This document shows, one piece after another, positions 58,140 through 64,000 of a DNA stretch of 64,000 nucleotides. Within the stretch, counting starts at the first letter, position 1; each line of letters starts with the position of its first letter. Made by a program: the position numbers and the translations under genes. Source of the DNA: Candidatus Marinacidobacterium sp. (lineage in GTDB: Bacteria; Acidobacteriota; Vicinamibacteria; Marinacidobacterales; Marinacidobacteraceae); assembly GCA_965204755.1 (NCBI GenBank), contig OZ242011.1, positions 384,001 to 448,000 of the forward strand, written 5' to 3'. The notes under the pieces were generated by a model, which had not been told where the DNA came from, did not search any database, and saw nothing but the letters and a program-made list of their open reading frames with translations.

Positions 58140-60335
58140 ATGAACTGCCGCGCCGCGCGGTCGGTGGGAAGCCGGTTCGTGCGCCTGTCGATCGTCGCCG
58201 CCTTGGTGCTCGGAGGCTGCTCCGGCGAGTCGCCGACCCTGCCCGGTGCTCCTCCGACACCGAATGCACCACCCGCGACGGTCCCCGAACCGCCGACCGA
58301 AGCGCCAGCGACTGGCCGAATTTCCGTCACCGACGACGATCTCATTCTCGCCGAACTGATCTCGGGCGACATGACCGGCAGTCCTTTCGACCTGAACGGG
58401 AAGACACTGGTCTTCACACCGGACGGCTCGGGCGGGTATTCGCGCTCCGTCAACCCGGTGCTCTGGGAGGCAGATGTCGGCGACGATGTCTCTGTCCTCG
58501 CTCCCGTCGCGTTCCGGAACTTCCGGTTCGAGTTCTCCGGGCAGCGGTGGGACTCGTTCCACATCAGTCCGAGGGGAGTGCTGACTTTCGGCAGCCCTTA
58601 CATCGACTCGTACTGGGCCACGCAACGGTTTTCGACCATGCGCCAACTCGCAGCGCCCCTGTCCGACCAGCCCACCATCAGTGTCCTGTACAAACCACTC
58701 CTCTTGCGGCACGGTATCGGACCCTTCGTCTCGTACCGGCCGGACCGGGTAGTCGTTACTTGGCTGGCGAGGGAGCCCCTCTTTTATGTCGACGGCGTTC
58801 CTCCCAAGGAGCCTTCCCGCTTCCAAGCCGTCCTCGGCGCCGACGGGAGCATCCGGTTCAACTACCTCGATGTCGCCTTCGGCGACGGCGTCGTCGGTCT
58901 TTTCCCGGCGACGGCCCCTGAGAAGGGCGACCTCATCGCCAGCCTTACGGACGCGAGGGATCCCTCGCTTCCCGGTCATCTCGACCTCCTGGAAGCGGCC
59001 ATCTACGGGACCGACACCGCTGACCGGGTGATCGTGGAATTCACCGTGCGCGACACGATCCCCGATCCGGCCGCCGGTATCGCCATCACTTATGGTCTCC
59101 TGTTTGATACGGATGAACCGTACTGGACTTATTGGAGCAACGCAGATGAGGACTTCCGATTGTCCATACGCTTGGAAGACGGCGACACCCGAACCAGAGG
59201 AGGGTCACTGTTGCCTCGGGAGGCAGGCGATCGGATCGCGATGCTGGCCGATATCGGTTTCTCGGCCAGCATCATGGCCAGCGCCACGCAGTACGAACGC
59301 TCCGTCTGGGCCGCCGGCGACAGCACGACCCCGCGTGAGGTCACGGTGCCGGAGGCGACGACGGATCTGTCGAAATCTGAAGATGGGTTCACTACGAGGC
59401 CGCGCGAGGTCTTCCGCTATCGCGACGCCCCCGACCTCGCCGCCGTCGCGTGCCGCATCGTCGCAGAATTGGGCGACACTTTCGACTTGTTCGTGTTCCA
59501 CAGCGAGTTCCGGATAGATGTCCAAGAGAGCCTGTCGGACTGGCGGGCGTACGGGAGCAACGAGGGAGTGCGGGGAACCGGCATGGGGTACCAGAGTCCC
59601 GCTCCATGCGGCAGAGGTCGGCTGAAGGGTCATTGGAGGATCCCGAACTGGGTCAAGGGCGGGAATGTGTGGTCGAGGAGTCGCGCGGAGTCCGAAGTCG
59701 CTGCCGATGGATTCGATGCCGGCCGGTACCACTTCGCCCATGAGTTCGGACATACCTGGCTGGCGGTGGCCGGCTATGAAGAGAACGGCGTGCGCCGGGA
59801 ATTGTCTCGAACCGGACATTGGCTCCCCGGACTCCACGCGCCTACAGCGTTTCCGTGGCGGGAGAATGTGCGGTGCCGTCGCTCGCTTATGGGAGGGTGG
59901 TACTGGGTCGAAAACGAAGACGGGTCATTCACTCGGGAAAACTGCTACGGCGCCTCCGCCCGAGGCTTTTCGTGGTTGGATCTCTATCTCATGGGACTGG
60001 CTCGCGCCGATGAGGTTCCAGACATGTTCATCGTGCGGAACCTGCGGGAAATCGGAGAGTTGCGGTACTCCGGCGACAAGGAGGTGGTGTCGATCGAACA
60101 GATCATCGCTGCCGAGGGGCTACGCGAGCCGACTCCCGCGACATCGCAGAAGGACTTCAACGCCGGCTTCGTGTACCTGCTGGATCCTGGGCAGGTACCG
60201 GAGCCCGACCTGCTGGAGCGCCATGGGCGATTTCGGGACGCGGCCGTTGAGCACTGGGAGCACATCACGGGCGGGCGTTCCCGTATTACGACTGAAGTCG
60301 CCCGGGAAAATCGAGCAGCGGCCACGAGGAAGTGA
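58140..60335 (+). CDS. Large lipoprotein with C-terminal HExxH zinc-metallopeptidase-like domain
   Basis: Lipobox LGGC, Pro-rich linker, AHEFGHTWLA...GHW, SLMGG (Met-turn-like) and LDLYLMGL. Confidence 0.7.
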   Translation: MNCRAARSVGSRFVRLSIVAALVLGGCSGESPTLPGAPPTPNAPPATVPEPPTEAPATGRISVTDDDLILAELISGDMTGSPFDLNGKTLVFTPDGSGGYSRSVNPVLWEADVGDDVSVLAPVAFRNFRFEFSGQRWDSFHISPRGVLTFGSPYIDSYWATQRFSTMRQLAAPLSDQPTISVLYKPLLLRHGIGPFVSYRPDRVVVTWLAREPLFYVDGVPPKEPSRFQAVLGADGSIRFNYLDVAFGDGVVGLFPATAPEKGDLIASLTDARDPSLPGHLDLLEAAIYGTDTADRVIVEFTVRDTIPDPAAGIAITYGLLFDTDEPYWTYWSNADEDFRLSIRLEDGDTRTRGGSLLPREAGDRIAMLADIGFSASIMASATQYERSVWAAGDSTTPREVTVPEATTDLSKSEDGFTTRPREVFRYRDAPDLAAVACRIVAELGDTFDLFVFHSEFRIDVQESLSDWRAYGSNEGVRGTGMGYQSPAPCGRGRLKGHWRIPNWVKGGNVWSRSRAESEVAADGFDAGRYHFAHEFGHTWLAVAGYEENGVRRELSRTGHWLPGLHAPTAFPWRENVRCRRSLMGGWYWVENEDGSFTRENCYGASARGFSWLDLYLMGLARADEVPDMFIVRNLREIGELRYSGDKEVVSIEQIIAAEGLREPTPATSQKDFNAGFVYLLDPGQVPEPDLLERHGRFRDAAVEHWEHITGGRSRITTEVARENRAAATRK

Positions 60336-60500
60336 GTCCGGTCCCGCCACGGACGGCTCGGGGGACGCTCGCGTCCGACGGCGACTCCTCGCCGGAGGAC
60401 GGCAGACGAACGCGGACAGATGAGACGGCCGGCGACGACTGGCGCCGGAGACGCGGTGCGCAGACGCCGGTTCACCTGGTAACGCCATGTCGCCTCGATC

Positions 60501-61631
60501 TCACCAGCCCGCAGGCGCACGCGAGGACGCCTCGTCCAACGGTGGCGGCAAGGCGAGCAGGTATCGGGTGTGGCGACCGGCGCCGGAGCGGTGGAGCGCG
60601 CCGAGGGTCACCAGCCCCGCGAGGTCGCGGGTCGCGGTGGCCGGGGTGGCGCCGGTGATGCGGCGGTAGTTCCCGGCGCTGAGGCCGCCCTCGAAGCCCT
60701 CCGGTTCCGCGCGGAACAGGCGGCGCAGCGCCTTCGCCTCGCGGGGGCTCAATCGGTCGCCCAGCCGTCGGAACATCCGCGCCTGTTCCACCGAGCAGGC
60801 GACGCGGCGTTCGCTCCAGCGCTGGGCGGCCACCGCGGTCTCGGCGAACCACCGCAGCCACCGGGTGATGTCGAGGGAGCGGTTCGCCCGTTCGAGGACC
60901 TGGTAGTAGGCGCCGCGGCGGCAGGCGATCTCGCGGGAGAGCGCGATCAGGCTCGGGCAGCCGAGGGCGCGCGCCAGCGCCTTTTCCGCCACGGAGCGGG
61001 CGATGCGTCCGTTGCCGTCCTCGAAGGGATGGACGAAGACGAAGTCGAGGTGGGCCACGCCGGCCCAGGTGAGCGGGGGGAGCGCCTCCGCCGCGGACCT
61101 CTCGTACCAGCGGACGAATCGCGCCATTTCGGCCGGAACCCGCGCGGAAGGCGGCGCTTCGTAGTGAACTGCGGCGGCCGGGCCGGAGACGACCTGCATC
61201 GGTTGGCCGCCTCGCCGGAAGGCCCCGATCTGGGATAGATCGGAACGGCCACGCAAGAGACGCCGATGCCAGTCGCACAACCCGGAGAGCGCCAGCGGCC
61301 GGTCGAAGTCGGAGTAGAGGGCGACCATCAGGTCCGCCGCCCCGGTCTCCTCCGGAGTCGGACGCCGCTGCTTGCCCTTCCAGCCGAAGTGCTCCCGGAT
61401 GGAGGACTGCAACGAGTCGCGATCGAGGATCTCCCCCTCGATGGCCGAGGTCTCGACCGCCTCGTCGGTCAGGAACTCCACCCGGAGTTCCCGGCGTTCC
61501 TCCTCATCGAGATGCCACGCCGCTCCCAGCGACCGTTCCGCCGCGAGGCGGAAATCGGCCTCGAGCGGCGCGATCTCCGCTTCGTCCCAAGTGAACCGGG
61601 GCCACTCCGGCCGCTGCCGGATCCAGCGCAT
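60501..61631 (-). CDS. Fic family protein (DUF4172 N-terminus, Fic domain, C-terminal HTH)
   Basis: MRWIRQRPEWPRF, TSAIEGE, canonical HPFEDGNGRIAR and ATATRDL. Confidence 0.93.
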   Translation of the reverse strand: MRWIRQRPEWPRFTWDEAEIAPLEADFRLAAERSLGAAWHLDEEERRELRVEFLTDEAVETSAIEGEILDRDSLQSSIREHFGWKGKQRRPTPEETGAADLMVALYSDFDRPLALSGLCDWHRRLLRGRSDLSQIGAFRRGGQPMQVVSGPAAAVHYEAPPSARVPAEMARFVRWYERSAAEALPPLTWAGVAHLDFVFVHPFEDGNGRIARSVAEKALARALGCPSLIALSREIACRRGAYYQVLERANRSLDITRWLRWFAETAVAAQRWSERRVACSVEQARMFRRLGDRLSPREAKALRRLFRAEPEGFEGGLSAGNYRRITGATPATATRDLAGLVTLGALHRSGAGRHTRYLLALPPPLDEASSRAPAGW

Positions 61632-61685
61632 GAGCGATAGAAGCGCAATCTATCGCTCATGAAATGGCCGATTCGTGAGCGATAG
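61629..61685. promoter_or_regulatory. Inverted-repeat operator over the Fic start codon, plus a third half-site
   Basis: catgagcgatag-N9-ctatcgctcatg (61629-61661) and tgagcgatag (61676-61685). Confidence 0.65.
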
Positions 61686-61901
61686 GAAATTCCTGCGATC
61701 CGATGCCACCGGGGAGCACCGCGCTCCGGGCGAATCGGGGCTTCTTCCGTATCTGGTGTTCCCCGGCGCACCCGATCCTCACAACGCTGCTCTGGCGGCA
61801 GTCGAGGGAGCCGCCGGACCGGAGCGCGCCTCTCGATACTCCGCGGCCGAGACGCGGCGGCGCGGCGGACGATGCCCTCGCCCGAAACCGCCGGACCGGA
61901 G

Positions 61902-62774
61902 TCAGTTCCGGAGGCCGATCTCCAGGGTGGCGAGGAAGTAGATGGGGCGGAGGCTCGTGGCCACGCTCCCGCCGAGCGGGCCGCCGAGGACGGACGCGCC
62001 CACCGCGTAGTCCACCGAAGTCGTCAGCGCCCTCCCCGCGACGATCACATCCAGGCGCGGTCGGACCAGCATCGGGCCGACTTCCGCGGTCATGGCGAGC
62101 GAGCCGCCGTAGGCGACGGAGGTGCGGCGGGCGGCGAAGTCCGCGGTGAGGGCCGGCGAAGTGGCGAGCCGGGCCGGGAGGGGGAGCCCGCCCCAGTCGC
62201 GGGCCAGGAGGGCGTCCGTCTTGGCGTCGGTGACCCGCAGGAAGCCGCCGCCGACGCCGACGGAGAGCGACGCGCCGCGAACCAGCGGCACCCGGCGCAC
62301 GATCTGGCCGAAATACAGGTCGGTCCGGGCGCGGGGCGTCTCCGGCGAGGAGAAGTCCGCGAGCCGGGCGGCCGTTCCCGCGCCGGCCGGAGAGACCGAC
62401 AGGGACTGGATGAAGGTGTCGTAGGCGCCGGCGTCGGCCAGCAGGTAGGACGGGGTCAGGTCCCGGCTGCGGATGAACCGGTAGGCGGCCTCGACGCCCC
62501 AGTCCCCCCACATCGCCCGGCCCCCGGCGCCCCAGCCGAGGTCGAGGGCGTTGCGCGCGCCGCTGATCGTGGTGGAGAAAGTCTCGCCGCCGGCGGTCAG
62601 CCCGAAACCGTCTTCCGCCGAGGTGCGGAGCCCGTTCCAGGCCGGGCCGCCGAAGAGTTGCAATTCGATGCGGCGGCCACCCTGCGCGGCGGCGGGCGAG
62701 GCGCTCGCCGCGACGAGGGTGGCCGCGAAGAGGGCCGCTGCCGCGGCGGCGAGGCCGGAGGTCGGGGTCTTCAT
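61902..62774 (-). CDS. Uncharacterised probable outer-membrane beta-barrel (paralogue 2 of 3)
   Basis: Signal peptide; motifs PAWNGLRTSAEDGF, GDWGVEAAYR, RPRLDV and LEIGLRN. Confidence 0.7.
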   Translation of the reverse strand: MKTPTSGLAAAAAALFAATLVAASASPAAAQGGRRIELQLFGGPAWNGLRTSAEDGFGLTAGGETFSTTISGARNALDLGWGAGGRAMWGDWGVEAAYRFIRSRDLTPSYLLADAGAYDTFIQSLSVSPAGAGTAARLADFSSPETPRARTDLYFGQIVRRVPLVRGASLSVGVGGGFLRVTDAKTDALLARDWGGLPLPARLATSPALTADFAARRTSVAYGGSLAMTAEVGPMLVRPRLDVIVAGRALTTSVDYAVGASVLGGPLGGSVATSLRPIYFLATLEIGLRN

Positions 62775-62877
62775 GGGGTTGCCTCCCGGTCGGTATTGTC
62801 TCTTGGACGCGGGCCGGCCGAACGGCGCCGGGCGCAACCGACCGGCGGAGCGGGCGCCCGGCGCCGGGAGGAAGGCG

Positions 62878-63738
62878 TCAGTTCCGGCGCAGCCCGATCT
62901 CGAGCGACGCCAGCAGGAAGACCGGCCGGACGCTCGTCTCGAGCGCCCCGGTGACGGTCAGGCTGCTCCCCGGGGGAGCGAGCCGGGGGTAGTCGAACTC
63001 GAACGCGGTGGTGAGGGGCTCGGCAGTCAGGACGACATCCAGGCGAGGGCGGAGGAAGAGGGGGCCGGCCTGCACCGAGAGGGCCACCGAGCCGCCGTAG
63101 GCGAGCCCGTCCCGGTCGGCGCGGAAGGTCACCCGGTCGAAGGGAATCCCGTCCGCCACCGCCGGCAGGGCCACCTGCTCCCAGTCCTGGGCCAGCAGCC
63201 CCTTCGTGAACGAGTCGGTGACCCGCAGGTAGCCGGCGCCGGCGCCGACCGACAGCCGGGCCCCGCGGGCGAGCGCGATGCGATAGACGACCTGGCCGAA
63301 GTAGAGGTCCGCCCGGGAGCGCGGCAGTTCGGCCGGGCCGCCCGCCGGGCGGAACGCGGCGCCCTGAGCGGCGTAGGCGCCGATGTCGGCGAGCAGGTGC
63401 GACGGGGTGAGGTCGCGGCTGTCGATCCGGCGGTAGGCGGCTTCGATCCCCCACTGCCCCCATCCGAGGCGCAGGCCGCCGCCGTAGGCGAAGTCCGACG
63501 AGAGCCGCGAGCCGATGACCGTCGCGACGGGGCCGGCGGTCGTGTCGAGGCGGAGCGAGTCCTCGGCGGAGGCGCTGAGCGCGTTCCAGCCCGGCGTGCC
63601 GAAGATCTCGATGTAGAGACCGGTGTCGGGGCGCGGAGGCTGCGCGGCCGCGGCGGCGGGAACGGCGGCGAGCGCCAGGGCCGCCAGCGCGCCGGCGATC
63701 CGGCGCCGGCCCGGTCGAAACCCGACGGCTTTCTTCAT
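62878..63738 (-). CDS. Uncharacterised probable outer-membrane beta-barrel (paralogue 3 of 3)
   Basis: Signal peptide; motifs PGWNALSASAED, GQWGIEAAYR, RPRLDV and LEIGLRRN. Confidence 0.7.
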   Translation of the reverse strand: MKKAVGFRPGRRRIAGALAALALAAVPAAAAAQPPRPDTGLYIEIFGTPGWNALSASAEDSLRLDTTAGPVATVIGSRLSSDFAYGGGLRLGWGQWGIEAAYRRIDSRDLTPSHLLADIGAYAAQGAAFRPAGGPAELPRSRADLYFGQVVYRIALARGARLSVGAGAGYLRVTDSFTKGLLAQDWEQVALPAVADGIPFDRVTFRADRDGLAYGGSVALSVQAGPLFLRPRLDVVLTAEPLTTAFEFDYPRLAPPGSSLTVTGALETSVRPVFLLASLEIGLRRN

Positions 63739-64000
63739 GGTGATCGGCCCTCCCGGCGCCTCTCGGAGGGCCGGAGACTAGCAACCGGCGAGTCTTCCCG
63801 CCGCCGGTCGGCCGAGGGCGGACGCCCCCGGGGCGCGCCGCGGGGGGCTCGGCGGGCGCCCGGACGGGGCCGGAATCGGCGGCGCGAGGGGCGGGTCTCG
63901 TCTCGGCCGGCGCCGACTACACTCCGAAACCCCTTCCCGTTCCGGGCCGGCCGGCCCGGCGACCCTTCGACCGGAGGCGCCTCATGTCCCGATTCCCCGC

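Noticed and set aside
1-64000. tRNA, rRNA, riboswitch or CRISPR loci
   Set aside because: None recognised by eye. A tRNAscan/Infernal run would be needed to exclude small ncRNAs in 49350-49600 or 63740-64000.

Overview
This is a high-GC window (about 70-73% by eye) from what is probably an Acidobacteriota chromosome, inferred from the GWxTD-TPR protein, the carboxypeptidase-regulatory-domain TonB-dependent receptor, two large BNR/VPS10 proteins and a stand-alone HlyD + ABC ATPase pair. Positions 1-47 kb are mostly core or housekeeping genes. They include a nuoABCD-HI block lacking nuoEFG, maeB, an S9 peptidase, NamZ, EndoV with an ATL protein, secreted oxidoreductases and amidohydrolases, an NCS2 permease fusion, MscS, UdgB, DUF523/DUF1722, bshA, a GCS2-CBS fusion and apaG. 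Small insertions there are an orphan DNA MTase with a DUF7662-like gene, an amber-interrupted gene and a MITE. Positions 52.8-61.7 kb are an IS-scarred accessory island with IS1634-like and IS21 remnants, a split Fic pseudogene, an intact Fic, an erythromycin-esterase-family lipoprotein and an HExxH lipoprotein. Main findings: (1) an intact orphan RiPP-type precursor at 53674-53958 with a double-Gly leader, a 49-aa core of periodic Thr-Cys motifs (12 Cys), a near-consensus sigma70 promoter and a downstream hairpin, but no maturation enzymes in the window; (2) near-total absence of the 4-mers ACGT and AGCT, replaced by their C->T products, with the few AGCT sites I found clustered at that precursor and the IS21 remnant; (3) an NCS2 permease with degenerate substrate motifs fused to an RsbW-like domain; (4) three paralogues of an uncharacterised outer-membrane protein. 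I saw no rRNA, tRNA or CRISPR array. All calls come from motif recognition by eye, without database searches.
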